NCBI GenBank assembly: GCA_964251965.1
Contig: CAXULQ010000005.1
Span: 82,358-146,357, forward strand
Direction of reading: 5' to 3'
Source of the DNA: an uncultured Sphingobacteriaceae bacterium
GTDB taxonomy: Bacteria > Bacteroidota > Bacteroidia > Sphingobacteriales > Sphingobacteriaceae
Length of the DNA stretch: 64,000 bases
In this document: positions 1 through 10,190 of the stretch, in pieces
How positions within the stretch are numbered: position 1 is the stretch's first letter
Layout of the letters: every line of letters starts with the position of its first letter
Program-made: the position numbers and the translations under genes
Notes under the pieces: generated by a model
Seen by the model: the letters and a program-made list of their open reading frames with translations, nothing else
Databases searched by the model: none
Told to the model about the DNA's origin: nothing

Positions 1-149
1 TTACAACCAGAGGCATGAAAGAGAAACAAATGAAAAAGATTGTGGAGCTAATTGATGATGTGCTTGTAAACATTAATGATGAAGCTAATATTGACAAAAC
101 ACGAAAAAGCGTCCATAAGTTAACGCAGAAGTTTCCTTTGTATTTGTAA
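1..149 (+). CDS. glyA: serine hydroxymethyltransferase, C-terminal fragment (5-prime end outside window)
   Basis: Open frame from window edge (codons start at nt 3) to TAA 147-149. Translates TTRGMKEKQMKKIVELIDDVLVN..., the TTRG(M/F)KE C-terminal region typical of SHMT. Confidence 0.65.
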   Translation, partial: TTRGMKEKQMKKIVELIDDVLVNINDEANIDKTRKSVHKLTQKFPLYL

Positions 150-198
150 GGTTAAAGCTTGCAAAGCTTGAAGTATTTAAAGTGTAAACAGAATTTAT

Positions 199-244
199 GA
201 TGCTTCTTTTATCAACCTAATTTTAAGTTGATAAAAGGAGCATC
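199..244. terminator. bidirectional hairpin made of two inverted copies of the abundant ATGCTTCTTTTATC motif
   Basis: gatgcttcttttatcaac (199-216) and gttgataaaaggagcatc (227-244) are complementary in 17 of 18 positions with a 10-nt loop. It lies between convergent glyA and the comF-like gene and overlaps the latter's stop. Confidence 0.6.
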
Positions 245-941
245 ACGCTGTATAAGCAATTGCTGCAATACTGATCTTAACGTTTGAAACTTTTTGTAAA
301 ACATTACAGCAAGCTTCTAAAGTTGCGCCTGTGGTGATAATGTCATCAACTAATAAAATGTGTTTTCCATTTAAATGAGCAGGGTTTTTAACTGAGAAAA
401 CGTCCTTCATATTTTCGTAACGGGAAGTTCTGGATTTTTTGGTTTGGCTTTCTGTTCCTGTTGTCCGGATTAAATTATCAACCGAAACTGGAATTGATAG
501 TTTTTCTGCAAGTCCTTCTGCAAAGCTCAAACTTTGGTTATAACCTCTTTTTAACAGTTTCTGCTTGTGCAACGGAACGGGAATGATGGCATCCGCAGAA
601 GAAAAAATCTTGTTTTCCAGCAAACGCTTCCCGGTCAATTTGCCTAAATAAACGCCAACTTCGGGTTTGTTTTTGTATTTAAGCTGATGCATTAAGTTTT
701 GCACGCGGCTGGCTTTGCTAAAATAAAGCATAGCGGCGGCAGCTTCTAAAGGAACGCGGCCCCAAAATTGCTGTGCAACAGCGTTATCAGGCTGAAGGTG
801 AAAATCAGTATAAGGCAAATGGTACAGGCAATCGGCACAAATCAATTCCTCGTTGCGGTACAGGCTTTTGGCGCAAGCCTGGCAAAGTTCCGGGAAAATG
901 AGGGAGACAAAATCAGCAAAATAAGTTTGGCTTAAATTCAT
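243..941 (-). CDS. comF: ComF-family phosphoribosyltransferase-like protein
   Basis: N-terminal CxxC...CxxC zinc-finger-like pairs (CQAC, CADC) and a C-terminal PRT motif LLVDDIITTGATL. Confidence 0.75.
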   Translation of the reverse strand: MNLSQTYFADFVSLIFPELCQACAKSLYRNEELICADCLYHLPYTDFHLQPDNAVAQQFWGRVPLEAAAAMLYFSKASRVQNLMHQLKYKNKPEVGVYLGKLTGKRLLENKIFSSADAIIPVPLHKQKLLKRGYNQSLSFAEGLAEKLSIPVSVDNLIRTTGTESQTKKSRTSRYENMKDVFSVKNPAHLNGKHILLVDDIITTGATLEACCNVLQKVSNVKISIAAIAYTA

Positions 942-950
942 GATTTGCTG

Positions 951-964
951 ATACTTCTTTTATC
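951..964 (+). repeat. abundant-oligomer copy (atacttcttttatc), spacer
   Basis: Lies in the 31-nt spacer between rlmN stop and comF-like start. It is 13/14 to the core consensus and shares the 16-mer cttcttttatcgatat with the copy at 32641. Confidence 0.6.
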
Positions 965-972
965 GATATTTT

Positions 973-2022
973 TTATTGCTGTTTCACCGCTAATTGTCCG
1001 CAGGCAGCATCAATATCTTTGCCGCGGCTTCTGCGGATGTTTACGTTGATGCCTTGTCTCTTTAAGTAAGCAGCAAAGGCATCAGTTTTAGCTTCTTTTG
1101 TGTTCACAAAATCAGCAAAAGAAATTGGGTTGTACTCTATGATGTTTACTTTACATGGCAAATGTTTGCAAAAAGCAGCCAATTCTGCCGCATCTTCCAA
1201 CTCATCGTTAAAGTTATCAAACAAAATGTATTCGTAAGTAACCGGGTTTTTGGTTTTGGAGAAATAATACTTTAAAGCTTCGGCCAAAGCTTTTAGTGAG
1301 TTTTGCTCGTTGATCGGCATAATTTCATTTCGCTTTTTATCATTGGCCGCGTGAAGTGAAAGTGCTAAATTAAACCTTACGTTGTCGTCGCCTAACTTTT
1401 TAATCATTTTGGCAATACCGGCAGTAGAAACCGTAATGCGTTTGGCGGCCATGTTTAAACCATCTTCTGTTGTAATGCGCTCGATAGATTTCATCACGTT
1501 AGCATAATTAAGCAGAGGTTCGCCCATTCCCATATAAACAATGTTGGTTAAAGGCAAGTTGTAATTTGCTTTGGCCTGCTGGTCAAGCAAAACTACCTGG
1601 TCATAAATTTCGTCCGGGTTTAAGTTACGTTTCCGTTCCATGTAACCTGTAGCACAAAATTTACAGGTTAAACTGCAGCCAACTTGCGAGGAAACACAGG
1701 CTGTCATCCGTTCTGGTGCCGGTATTAAAACGCCTTCAATTAAATGATTATCGTATAACTTAAAAGTATTTTTAATAGTTCTGTCGCTACTAAACTGAGA
1801 GTTGTGTACTTTTACCGCATTAATTACAAATAGTTCTTTCAATTTAATGCGCAGATCCTTGGAAAGGTTGCTCATCTGGTCAAAATCAGAAGCAGATTTT
1901 TCCCAGAGCCAAGAATAAACCTGTTTTGCACGGAAGTCTTTTTCTTGTAAATTAGAAAAATAATTTCTAAGTGAATCCAGCGTTAAACTACGGATATCAA
2001 TCTTTTCCTCTGTAAGTATCAC
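973..2022 (-). CDS. rlmN: 23S rRNA/tRNA adenine-C2 methyltransferase (radical SAM) RlmN
   Basis: Radical-SAM CSLTCKFCATG motif, C-terminal GKDIDAACGQL, length 349 aa. GTG start in the track. Confidence 0.9.
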   Translation of the reverse strand: MILTEEKIDIRSLTLDSLRNYFSNLQEKDFRAKQVYSWLWEKSASDFDQMSNLSKDLRIKLKELFVINAVKVHNSQFSSDRTIKNTFKLYDNHLIEGVLIPAPERMTACVSSQVGCSLTCKFCATGYMERKRNLNPDEIYDQVVLLDQQAKANYNLPLTNIVYMGMGEPLLNYANVMKSIERITTEDGLNMAAKRITVSTAGIAKMIKKLGDDNVRFNLALSLHAANDKKRNEIMPINEQNSLKALAEALKYYFSKTKNPVTYEYILFDNFNDELEDAAELAAFCKHLPCKVNIIEYNPISFADFVNTKEAKTDAFAAYLKRQGINVNIRRSRGKDIDAACGQLAVKQQ

Positions 2023-2137
2023 ACTGCAAAAATACTACTATAAAATAAGCACTGGTTAAATTCTATTTTTTTTACAAATTAAACAAGAACCTGATGCTAT
2101 CTATCCTAAAGTTAATTATATGCCGAAAATTTATTAA

Positions 2138-3325
2138 ATGAAAAAGTTCACTGCCGATTATGTTTTTACTGCAAATTCAAGCCCCATTAAAAATGGAAGC
2201 GTTATTGTTGATGATAACGGAAAAATTTTAAAAGTAGAAAGCCCTGATGTTTCTTCTACCAAAGTTGACGATTATGCCAATTTAAAGGTGGAGAAGTTGA
2301 GTGGTGTAATTTGTCCGGGCTTTATTAACGCGCACGCCCATCTGGAGCTTTCCCATTTAAAAGGAAAGATTGCGCAAGGAAAAGGTTTGATCGAATTTAT
2401 AACCTGCGTGCAGCAATTAAGAAATGCGGCAGACAGCGAGGTATTAGAAGCTGCCGCCAAAGCAGACGAGGAAATGGAAAGCAATGGCATTGTTGCCGTT
2501 GGTGATATTAACAACAGCGCGATCACTGCTTCTATAAAGGCAAAAAGTAAACTGTATTACCATAATTTTATAGAAGTATTTGGTTTCGACCCGCAAAACG
2601 CTGAAACTGTTTTTAACAACGCTTTGGCTTTGCAAGAACAATTTAAACCGCTTACCGCTTCCATAACGCCCCACGCTGCTTATTCTGTATCTAAAGAATT
2701 GTTCAAGCTGATCCGTAAAGAATCAGAATCAAAAAACACGATGCTTACCATCCACAATCAGGAATCGGATGAAGAAAACAAATTTTACCGGTACAAGGAA
2801 GGCAGTTTTTTAGCGTTTTACGAACGCTTGGGCATCGATATTTCTTCTTTTAAAGCACAGGCACGCAACTCTATACAATCCATCATTCCGCTTTTTAGCA
2901 ACAAGCAAAATGTAATGTTGGTGCACAACACCTACACTAATATGAAAGACGTGTATTTTACCCGTCGATTTGACCGTAAAATTAGCTGGTGCTTTTGCCC
3001 TAACGCCAACTTATACATCGAAAAAACGTTGCCAAAACTGAGCATATTTACGCATCATGGGTTTAACATTACTTTGGGTACGGATAGCCTTGCCTCTAAC
3101 ACGGAGCTTTGTATTTTAGGAGAAATGAAAGTTTTACAACAGCATTTTCCATATTTAGAATTAGAAACTATGGTAAATTGGGCAACTGTTAACGGCGCAA
3201 AATTTTTAGGTATTGATGATGAAAAAGGAACAATTGAAGCCGGAAAAACTCCGGGCCTAAATTTGATCACCGGATTGGACAACTTAAAAATCACTCCGGA
3301 AGCTAAAGTACGCAAACTAATTTAG
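2138..3325 (+). CDS. amidohydrolase-family metal-dependent hydrolase
   Basis: GFINAHAHLELS metal-binding HxH motif and a later LGTDS motif. Substrate cannot be called from sequence. Confidence 0.7.
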   Translation: MKKFTADYVFTANSSPIKNGSVIVDDNGKILKVESPDVSSTKVDDYANLKVEKLSGVICPGFINAHAHLELSHLKGKIAQGKGLIEFITCVQQLRNAADSEVLEAAAKADEEMESNGIVAVGDINNSAITASIKAKSKLYYHNFIEVFGFDPQNAETVFNNALALQEQFKPLTASITPHAAYSVSKELFKLIRKESESKNTMLTIHNQESDEENKFYRYKEGSFLAFYERLGIDISSFKAQARNSIQSIIPLFSNKQNVMLVHNTYTNMKDVYFTRRFDRKISWCFCPNANLYIEKTLPKLSIFTHHGFNITLGTDSLASNTELCILGEMKVLQQHFPYLELETMVNWATVNGAKFLGIDDEKGTIEAGKTPGLNLITGLDNLKITPEAKVRKLI

Positions 3326-3344
3326 CCGTCGCCGTTTTTTAGGT

Positions 3345-3358
3345 GGTAAAAGAAGTAT
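3345..3358 (-). repeat. abundant-oligomer copy (ggtaaaagaagtat), overlaps acyP start codon
   Basis: ttttttaggtggtaaaagaagtATG is almost identical over about 23 nt to the copies at 59271-59291 (spacer) and 56401-56424 (inside thrA). Confidence 0.6.
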
Positions 3359-3644
3359 GGTCAAAAAGCATCTCAATATAAAAGTTAAAGGCAAAGTTCA
3401 GGGTGTATTTTACAGGGCCACAACCAAAGCCGTTGCCGACCAATTAGGTGTAAAAGGGTTTGTAAAGAACGAAGCCGACGGTTCTGTTTATATTGAAGCC
3501 GAAGGCGAGGCCGTGATGATAGAATCTTTTTTAGAATGGTGCCAGGAAGGCCCGGACCGTGCCCAAATAGACCATATAGAAAGCAACGAAGGCGAAATGA
3601 AAAACTATCGTAATTTTGAAGTTGTAAAAAAGAATTTATCGTGA
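3357..3644 (+). CDS. acyP: acylphosphatase
   Basis: 95 aa with VKGKVQGVFYR and GFVKNEADGSVYIEAEG signatures. Confidence 0.85.
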   Translation: MVKKHLNIKVKGKVQGVFYRATTKAVADQLGVKGFVKNEADGSVYIEAEGEAVMIESFLEWCQEGPDRAQIDHIESNEGEMKNYRNFEVVKKNLS

Positions 3645-3686
3645 TGGCCTGTTAAGGTTTATCCGGCTTTAATCAACTTTAACAAT

Positions 3687-5186
3687 TTGTCAACAGTAAA
3701 AAAATTTGCCGGCCAAACGGTAATCTACGGGTTAAGTACCATTGTTTCCAGGCTGCTTAACTTTATTCTTACTCCTTTATTTGTTTACGTTTATCCAACC
3801 AAAGTATATGGTGTGTTTGGCTATATGTACAGTTTGGCTTCGCTGATCAATCCGGTACTGGCTTTTGGTATGGAAACTACTTTTTTCCGATATTTGAACA
3901 AGCAGGATGCCGACAAGGATAAAGTTTACAGCAATACTTTTTTTACCATTGCATTTATAGCAGCCTTGTTTTTATTGTTTAGCCTGCCGCTTAGTAATTA
4001 CCTGGCTAACTGGATGAGTAGTAAAGATACCAATGCGGCAGATCAGGCACTATTTGTCCGCTTCTTTATTTATATTATTGTGGCCGATGCTTTGGCGGTT
4101 ATTCCTTTTGCCAAAGTTAGGGCAGATGGAAAACCAGCAAGGTTTGGGCTAATCAAACTGGTTAATATTTTCACTTTTGTAGGAGCCAATCTGTTTTTTC
4201 TGTTTGTTGTTCCGATGATTATCAAAAGCAATGGTTATGGTGCACAAGGATTGGCAAACTGGTATAGGCCGGCTTGGATCGGTTACGTATTTATTTCAAA
4301 CCTGATTGCAAGCGTTGTTACTTTGCTGTTTTTACTGCCCGAATTATTGCAGCTAAAATTTAAGTATGATGCTGCGCTTATCAAAAATATGTTGCTTTAT
4401 AGTTTCCCTATTTTGGTGGCCAATATTTCTTTCATCATTAATGAAAACATTGATAAAATATTTCTTAAAAACCTATTGCCGGCTTCACAGCAGCAGGATG
4501 TTGGTATTTATACGGCCTGCTGTAAAATCTCCATTTTTCTAAGCATTGCTGTCCAGGCTTTTCGATTAGGTGCCGAGCCTTTCTTTTTCAGTCATTCTAA
4601 AAACAAAAATTCTGGCGAAACTTATGCTAAAATCATGACTTATTTCGTTATCGCCGTTACCTTGATGTTTATTGCTTTATCGGCCAATATTGAGATTTTA
4701 AAAGGTTTTATAAAAGGAGGGAATGCTGTTCAACGTTCGCTGTACTGGTCTGGCTTAAAAGTGGTTCCAATATTATTGTTTGGTTATGTAAGTTTAGGTA
4801 TTTATATGAATTTATCTGTTTGGTATAAACTTTCTGATCAAACCAAATACGGCTTGTATATTTCCGGCGTCGGTGCTATTTTAACAATCATTCTCAATCT
4901 CATCTTCATCCCAAAATACAGTTACATGGCTTCTGCCTGGATTTCGCTGATTGCTTATGCTACGATGATGGTTTTGTCCTACATTCTTGGCCAAAAAAAT
5001 TATCCGATCCCTTATCAGCTTAAAAAAAACGTGGTTTATCTGCTTGCATCCGTGGTAATCGTATACTTATCTTTCACGGTTTTTCACAGAAGTTTGATTG
5101 TCGGCAACCTGTTTTTAGTTTTATTTGCAGCAGCTGCTTTATATACAGAACGCAAAGAGCTTCTTTTATTAGTTAGAAAAAAATGA
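3687..5186 (+). CDS. MOP-superfamily polysaccharide/oligosaccharide flippase (Wzx/MurJ-like)
   Basis: 499 aa, about 12-14 hydrophobic segments, typical flippase layout. TTG start in track. Overlaps the dut start by 4 nt. Confidence 0.65.
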   Translation: MSTVKKFAGQTVIYGLSTIVSRLLNFILTPLFVYVYPTKVYGVFGYMYSLASLINPVLAFGMETTFFRYLNKQDADKDKVYSNTFFTIAFIAALFLLFSLPLSNYLANWMSSKDTNAADQALFVRFFIYIIVADALAVIPFAKVRADGKPARFGLIKLVNIFTFVGANLFFLFVVPMIIKSNGYGAQGLANWYRPAWIGYVFISNLIASVVTLLFLLPELLQLKFKYDAALIKNMLLYSFPILVANISFIINENIDKIFLKNLLPASQQQDVGIYTACCKISIFLSIAVQAFRLGAEPFFFSHSKNKNSGETYAKIMTYFVIAVTLMFIALSANIEILKGFIKGGNAVQRSLYWSGLKVVPILLFGYVSLGIYMNLSVWYKLSDQTKYGLYISGVGAILTIILNLIFIPKYSYMASAWISLIAYATMMVLSYILGQKNYPIPYQLKKNVVYLLASVVIVYLSFTVFHRSLIVGNLFLVLFAAAALYTERKELLLLVRKK

Positions 5187-5614
5187 CTATCCAAATTATC
5201 AATAAATCAAATAACAGTCTTCCGGCTTACGAAACCGCACATGCTGCCGGGATGGATTTGAAAGCAAGTTTGGAAGAAGCCGTTGTTTTAAAACCGATGC
5301 AGCGTTTGTTAATCCCGACAGGGATTTATATTGAATTACCAATTGGTTTTGAAGCACAAATTAGGCCGAGAAGTGGTTTGGCGTTTAAACATGGCATTGG
5401 TATTGTTAATTCTCCCGGAACGGTGGATGCGGATTACCGCGGCGAAATTAAGGTGCTGCTGATCAATTTTTCTGATGCCGCTTTCGTTATCAACAATGGC
5501 GACCGGATTGCACAAATGGTGATTGCAAAACACGAAAAAGTGGATTGGGCGGAGGTAGAAATCTTGGGCGAAACATTAAGGGGAACAGGTGGTTACGGGC
5601 ATACAGGCAGGTAA
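5183..5614 (+). CDS. dut: dUTP diphosphatase
   Basis: [23 protein letters not shown] and [10 protein letters not shown] motifs. Confidence 0.92.
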   Translation: MTIQIINKSNNSLPAYETAHAAGMDLKASLEEAVVLKPMQRLLIPTGIYIELPIGFEAQIRPRSGLAFKHGIGIVNSPGTVDADYRGEIKVLLINFSDAAFVINNGDRIAQMVIAKHEKVDWAEVEILGETLRGTGGYGHTGR

Positions 5615-5620
5615 TAAAAT

Positions 5621-7363
5621 ATGAAAATCAGCAGTCAATTTTGTGTGATGTTATTGGTGCTGCTTCCGGGCTTTGTTTTCGCGCAGCACAAAAAAAACAC
5701 CGATAAAAACAGCATGGTGATGGTGGTTGGCAAACCGCTAACCAGGGGCGACAGTGTTATAGTAAACGAACTTTTCTATCAGGCTTTGCACGAAAAAACA
5801 ATGGAAAATGCTTCATCTGCTGCCACTCTTTTTTCGCAGGTTTTACAGATTGATCCTGCAAATGATGCCGGTATGTTTGAACTGGCACGTATCCGCAGCA
5901 ATCAAAATAAAGATGCCGATGCCCGGCAACTGTTAGAGAAAGCGGTAACAGTAAACCCGGACAACGAATGGTATTGGCTGGCGCTTGCAGGTAATTACGA
6001 AAAAATCAACGATATACCAAAGCTGGAAAATGTATTTAAAGAACTGATCCGGATTAATCCTGATAGACCGGACTATTACACGGACGAGGCGAGGGCTTTG
6101 GTTGTGAACAAAAAATATGACGAGGCTTTATCTATTTATAATCAACAGGAAAACTTATTTGGAAAAAACGACGAAAGCATTTTAGGCAAACAAAAAATCT
6201 ACCTGAAACAAGGGAAACTGGATTTGGCGACCAAAGATTTGGAACAGATGATCCGGGAAAATCCGCAGGAAATCCGTTCTTATTTACGATTAAGCGAGTT
6301 ATATAATTCTAATAACCAGAACGACAAAGCATTAAAAGTTTTAGAAAGTGCAGGTAAAGTTAACCCGGACAATGCGTTAATTCATTTGGCTTTGGCCGAT
6401 GTTTATCGAGATCAAAAAAATTATCTTGCTTGTTTTAACCAGCTAAAAACAGCATTTGCCTCTACGTCATTAAAAATAGAAGAAAAACTGCGGATCATTT
6501 CTGGCTATTTCCCTAAATTTCCAGACCCGGAAGCAAAATCGAGCGCGCTGGAATTGAGCAGGATTATTTCTGTCGCACATCCGGATGATGCTCGGGCTTT
6601 TACTTTGTACGGCGATATGTTGGCACAAAATGCTTCTTACCAGCAGGCTATCCCGGTTTACCGTAAATCTTTGGCTTTGAACGATCAAACTTATGCCGTT
6701 TGGGAGCAATTAATCAGGCTGGAATTAGGCGAAAACCAATACGACCAGGTTTTAAAAGACGGAGAAGAAGCTCTTTCACTTTTCCCAAATCAAGCTGCCG
6801 CAAATTATTTGGTTGGAGTTGCCTATTCGCAAAAAGGCAAGGTAAAAGAAGCATTGGGTTATTTTAAAAATGCAATCTCTTTAGGTTCGTCCAATAAAGA
6901 ATTGCTGAGCCAGGTTTATGCAGCAATGGGCGATGGTTATCATCAATTGAAGGACGACGCGCAATCTGATGCAGCTTATGATAAATCTTTAACCAACAAT
7001 CCGGACAATGCGTACACTTTAAATAATTACGCCTATTATTTATCGTTAAGAGGAGAAAAATTAGACAAAGCGGTACAAATGTCTCGCCGAAGCAATGAGC
7101 TGCAGCCAGACAACGCTTCTTTTGAGGATACTTTTGCCTGGGTTTTCTTCAAACAAAAAAAATATACCGAAGCCAAAAGCTGGATGGAAAAAGCAATCAA
7201 GCATAATAAAAACAGTGCCGGGCTGGCAGAACATTATGGAGATATTTTGTACTTTTTAAACGATGCAGAAAATGCCGTAAAATATTGGAAAACAGCTAAA
7301 CAGCTCGGCAGTAACTCAACTGTTTTAGACCAAAAAATTAATGAAAAGAAGTATGTGGAATAA
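5621..7363 (+). CDS. tetratricopeptide-repeat protein with signal peptide
   Basis: N-terminal signal sequence followed by many TPR-like 34-aa units (NPDN/AW..LA patterns). Confidence 0.7.
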   Translation: MKISSQFCVMLLVLLPGFVFAQHKKNTDKNSMVMVVGKPLTRGDSVIVNELFYQALHEKTMENASSAATLFSQVLQIDPANDAGMFELARIRSNQNKDADARQLLEKAVTVNPDNEWYWLALAGNYEKINDIPKLENVFKELIRINPDRPDYYTDEARALVVNKKYDEALSIYNQQENLFGKNDESILGKQKIYLKQGKLDLATKDLEQMIRENPQEIRSYLRLSELYNSNNQNDKALKVLESAGKVNPDNALIHLALADVYRDQKNYLACFNQLKTAFASTSLKIEEKLRIISGYFPKFPDPEAKSSALELSRIISVAHPDDARAFTLYGDMLAQNASYQQAIPVYRKSLALNDQTYAVWEQLIRLELGENQYDQVLKDGEEALSLFPNQAAANYLVGVAYSQKGKVKEALGYFKNAISLGSSNKELLSQVYAAMGDGYHQLKDDAQSDAAYDKSLTNNPDNAYTLNNYAYYLSLRGEKLDKAVQMSRRSNELQPDNASFEDTFAWVFFKQKKYTEAKSWMEKAIKHNKNSAGLAEHYGDILYFLNDAENAVKYWKTAKQLGSNSTVLDQKINEKKYVE

Positions 7364-8147
7364 GGTTTTAGCTGTTGGTATGATCCTTTTGCTGTTTGGT
7401 TGTAAAGCTAAAAAACAATTAGTCCGCGTTAATAATCCAATAACTACTACGGATTCTGCAGTTGTTGCAAAGCCCGATAACAACAAAACCGAAAAACTGG
7501 CAGCGATACAAAGCAGGCAAATCAATTTTAATACTTTTTCTGGCAAAGCACGTACACATCTCGAAATTGATGATAAAGGTTATGATGTAACCATAAACAT
7601 CAGGATACAAAAAAACAAACAGATTTGGGTTTCCATTACGGCAATTGCAGGGATTGAAGTGGCCAGGGCAGTAATCACACCAGACAGTATTAAAATAATT
7701 AACAAGTTGCAAAGCGTTTATTTAAAAAAACCTTTTAGTTACGTTTATCAATACACAGGTAAGCAAATCAGCTATAAAACAGTGGAAGCGATTGTTGTTG
7801 GGAATGCGGTTCCGGAGTTTATGAATGCTGATGCTGAGATTTCTGCTAACGGAAACAACACCATTATTTCAGGGATTTTAAATGATCTGTCTTACCAAAC
7901 TACTTTTGGTGCCGATTTAAAAGTTGCCAGTTTGGGATTGAGCAACCAAAGATCTTCGCAAAAACTGAATGTAAACAACAGTAGTTTTATTCAGGCTGAT
8001 AACCGTATTTTGCCTTCTGTTATTGCGATTAGTTCTGCGGCTGGCCAAAACAGTTTTAAGGCTGATTTACATTATATTAAAGCTGAGTTTGACCAATCAC
8101 TTGATACTCCTTTTAACGAACCAAAAAATTATACGCTGATTAATTAA
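7341..8147 (+). CDS. DUF4292-type lipoprotein (LolB-like fold)
   Basis: Lipoprotein signal LLLFGC. The order dut, TPR, this gene, M23 peptidase is a common Bacteroidota arrangement. Overlaps the TPR gene's end by 23 nt. Confidence 0.6.
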   Translation: MKRSMWNKVLAVGMILLLFGCKAKKQLVRVNNPITTTDSAVVAKPDNNKTEKLAAIQSRQINFNTFSGKARTHLEIDDKGYDVTINIRIQKNKQIWVSITAIAGIEVARAVITPDSIKIINKLQSVYLKKPFSYVYQYTGKQISYKTVEAIVVGNAVPEFMNADAEISANGNNTIISGILNDLSYQTTFGADLKVASLGLSNQRSSQKLNVNNSSFIQADNRILPSVIAISSAAGQNSFKADLHYIKAEFDQSLDTPFNEPKNYTLIN

Positions 8148-8166
8148 AATCAGCAGAAAACTAATT

Positions 8167-9432
8167 ATGAAGTTGAAAAAAACTTTGCTGCTTTTGTTTT
8201 TTGTAGTGTTTGCAGGACGGGCATTTGCACAAAGCAGCCTCGAATTAAAACGAAGAAGAGATAAGATTACCAATGAACTGGAGCAGTTGAACGATGAATA
8301 CACAAAAATATCAAGGGACAAAAGGACATCGTTAAAGCAACTGAGTTTGTTAAAGGCACAGATTGATTTACGGGAAGAAAAGATTAAAACAGCCAATTCT
8401 GAAATAAGATTGCTGGACCATCAAATCTCTGACAATAGTAATAACGTACGTAGTTTGCAATCGCAGTTAGATCAGCTTAAAAAGGAATATGCGGCGATGG
8501 TGCTTTTTGCTTTTCGAAACCAAAGTTCATACAATAAACTGATGTTCATTTTTGCGGCAAATGATTTTAACCAGGCTTATAAAAGGCTAAAATACATGCA
8601 GCAATTTGGTGACTACCGCATGCGGCAGGCTGGTTATATCCAAGGGACGCAAAAAGATTTGCATATTAAAATTGTTGAACTTGATCATAACAAAAAGGAA
8701 AAGAACAATATTTTAATTGATCAGGAAAAAGAAAAAGAAAAGTTAGCCAAGGAAAAAGATAACCAGGCACAGGTGGTTAACAACTTAAGCAAGGAAGAAA
8801 AGCGGACGAAGAAAGAAATGGCGCAGCAAAATAAATTGCTGAGACAGATTAAAAATTCAATTAATTCAGCAATTCGCCGTGAAATTGAAGAAGCAAAACG
8901 AAAAGAAGCGGAGGAAGTGCGGATAGCAGCGGCAAAAGCTAAGGCAGAAAACAAACCGGCAGCGGTTGCAAAACCAGCTTCGAAAGGAACGGACGTATTG
9001 TCTGCAACGCCGGAAGCAGCAAAATTGTCTAATGATTTTTTAGGGAACCGCGGACGGTTGCCGTGGCCAGTTGCAAATGGCGCGGTTGTTGGGCGGTTTG
9101 GAATAACATTTATACAAGGCATTAAAACAGACAATACGGGCGTTGATATAAAAACAAATGCAGGTGCATCAGTAAGGTCCGTTTTTGGCGGAGAAGTGAG
9201 CAAGGTGGAAAATGTTGATGGTTCTTACTTAGTTGTGGTTAGGCATGGCGAATACTTTACGGCTTATATGAATTTAAAATCAGCCAGTGTGGCAAAAGGC
9301 CAGAAAGTTAGTTTAAAACAATCAATAGGCACGGCGGGTGTTGATTCGGAAAGCGGAGATACACAAGTGCATTTTGAATTATGGAAAGGTTTTACACCGC
9401 AGAACCCCCAGAATTGGATTACAGAAAATTAG
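8167..9432 (+). CDS. EnvC-like murein hydrolase activator / M23 peptidase with coiled coil
   Basis: Signal peptide, long Lys/Glu/Gln coiled-coil region, and a C-terminal LytM/M23 domain (GVDIKT...VVRHGEYFTAYMNL...HFELW). Confidence 0.8.
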   Translation: MKLKKTLLLLFFVVFAGRAFAQSSLELKRRRDKITNELEQLNDEYTKISRDKRTSLKQLSLLKAQIDLREEKIKTANSEIRLLDHQISDNSNNVRSLQSQLDQLKKEYAAMVLFAFRNQSSYNKLMFIFAANDFNQAYKRLKYMQQFGDYRMRQAGYIQGTQKDLHIKIVELDHNKKEKNNILIDQEKEKEKLAKEKDNQAQVVNNLSKEEKRTKKEMAQQNKLLRQIKNSINSAIRREIEEAKRKEAEEVRIAAAKAKAENKPAAVAKPASKGTDVLSATPEAAKLSNDFLGNRGRLPWPVANGAVVGRFGITFIQGIKTDNTGVDIKTNAGASVRSVFGGEVSKVENVDGSYLVVVRHGEYFTAYMNLKSASVAKGQKVSLKQSIGTAGVDSESGDTQVHFELWKGFTPQNPQNWITEN

Positions 9433-9440
9433 TTGCTGAA

Positions 9441-9468
9441 TTGTTATATTAATTATTGTCTATATTTG
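9441..9468 (+). promoter_or_regulatory. candidate Bacteroidota sigma-A promoter for tatA (TTG-N17-TATATTTG)
   Basis: Exact TAnnTTTG -7 box at 9461-9468, TTG at 9441-9443, 19 nt upstream of the ATG. Confidence 0.35.
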
Positions 9469-9487
9469 TTCATTAAAAATAAAAGTT

Positions 9488-9829
9488 ATGTTAAGTTCAA
9501 TTTATTTGTTTTTAAATATTGGGACTCCGGAACTGATCCTGATTCTTGGAGTAGCCTTGCTTCTTTTTGGAGGTAATAAATTACCAGAACTTGCACGCGG
9601 GTTAGGAAAAGGTATCCGTGAATTTAAAGAAGCCTCTGATGGTGTGAAAAGAGAAATCCATAACCAGATCAATAATTTTGACGAGGTTAAGATCAATCAC
9701 GAACCGCCTGTAAATACAACTTCGGCAGGCGTTCCTGATGTTAGTCCGCTTGATCAGCCTGAAATTACGCCCCATCAAACCTATCCTTCAGAAAACCATC
9801 CGCACACAACTTCTACCGAAATTAAATAA
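9488..9829 (+). CDS. tatA: twin-arginine translocase TatA/E family protein, copy 1
   Basis: TM helix plus amphipathic helix: PELILILGVALLLFGGNKLPELARGLGKGIREFKEAS. Confidence 0.85.
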   Translation: MLSSIYLFLNIGTPELILILGVALLLFGGNKLPELARGLGKGIREFKEASDGVKREIHNQINNFDEVKINHEPPVNTTSAGVPDVSPLDQPEITPHQTYPSENHPHTTSTEIK

Positions 9830-9862
9830 TTAAAAAATATTAACCATTAAATCATAAATATC

Positions 9863-10078
9863 ATGGGTGGATTAGGTGCACCAGAAATCATTTTAATATT
9901 AGCAGTAGTTTTATTGTTGTTCGGCGGAAAAAAAATCCCTGAATTAATGAAAGGTTTAGGGAAAGGCGTAAAGGAGTTTAAAGATGCTTCAAACGAACCA
10001 ACTTCTACAACCACAACTACCAACCCTTCTGCAACTACAACTACTGCGGAACGCAGAGACGAGAAAACCGTTTTGTAG
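9863..10078 (+). CDS. tatA: twin-arginine translocase TatA/E family protein, copy 2
   Basis: [37 protein letters not shown], followed by a Thr-rich tail. Confidence 0.85.
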   Translation: MGGLGAPEIILILAVVLLLFGGKKIPELMKGLGKGVKEFKDASNEPTSTTTTTNPSATTTTAERRDEKTVL

Positions 10079-10131
10079 GCTTTTCTTTTCTAACTTGTAA
10101 TTAAATTTAACATAAGCGAAAGCTATGTATT

Positions 10132-10176
10132 AACTTACTGTAAATAAGTTTCGGCTTATTTACAGTAAGTTTTTTT
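10132..10176 (+). terminator. rho-independent terminator after tatA pair
   Basis: Perfect 17-bp stem aacttactgtaaataag / cttatttacagtaagtt, 6-nt loop, then a T-run. Confidence 0.8.
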
Positions 10177-10190
10177 ATATTGGCACCCTT

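Noticed and set aside
951-964. Abundant motif interpreted as a promoter or ribosome-binding element, because several copies touch start codons (941, 3357, 32980, 54171)
   Set aside because: The motif does not resemble TTTG/TAnnTTTG. It occurs in both orientations relative to the adjacent gene, equally often after stop codons, and dozens of times inside genes.
2027-2034. TATTTTTG -7-like box on the minus strand upstream of rlmN
   Set aside because: It ends only 5 nt from the GTG start, so the predicted transcription start would fall inside the coding region. It is probably a chance match in AT-rich sequence.
8721-9203. 160-aa minus-strand ORF inside the EnvC-like gene
   Set aside because: It is antisense to a well-supported gene. 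Its low-complexity Ser/Phe/Ala composition mirrors the Lys/Glu/Ala coiled-coil codons, so it is a shadow ORF.
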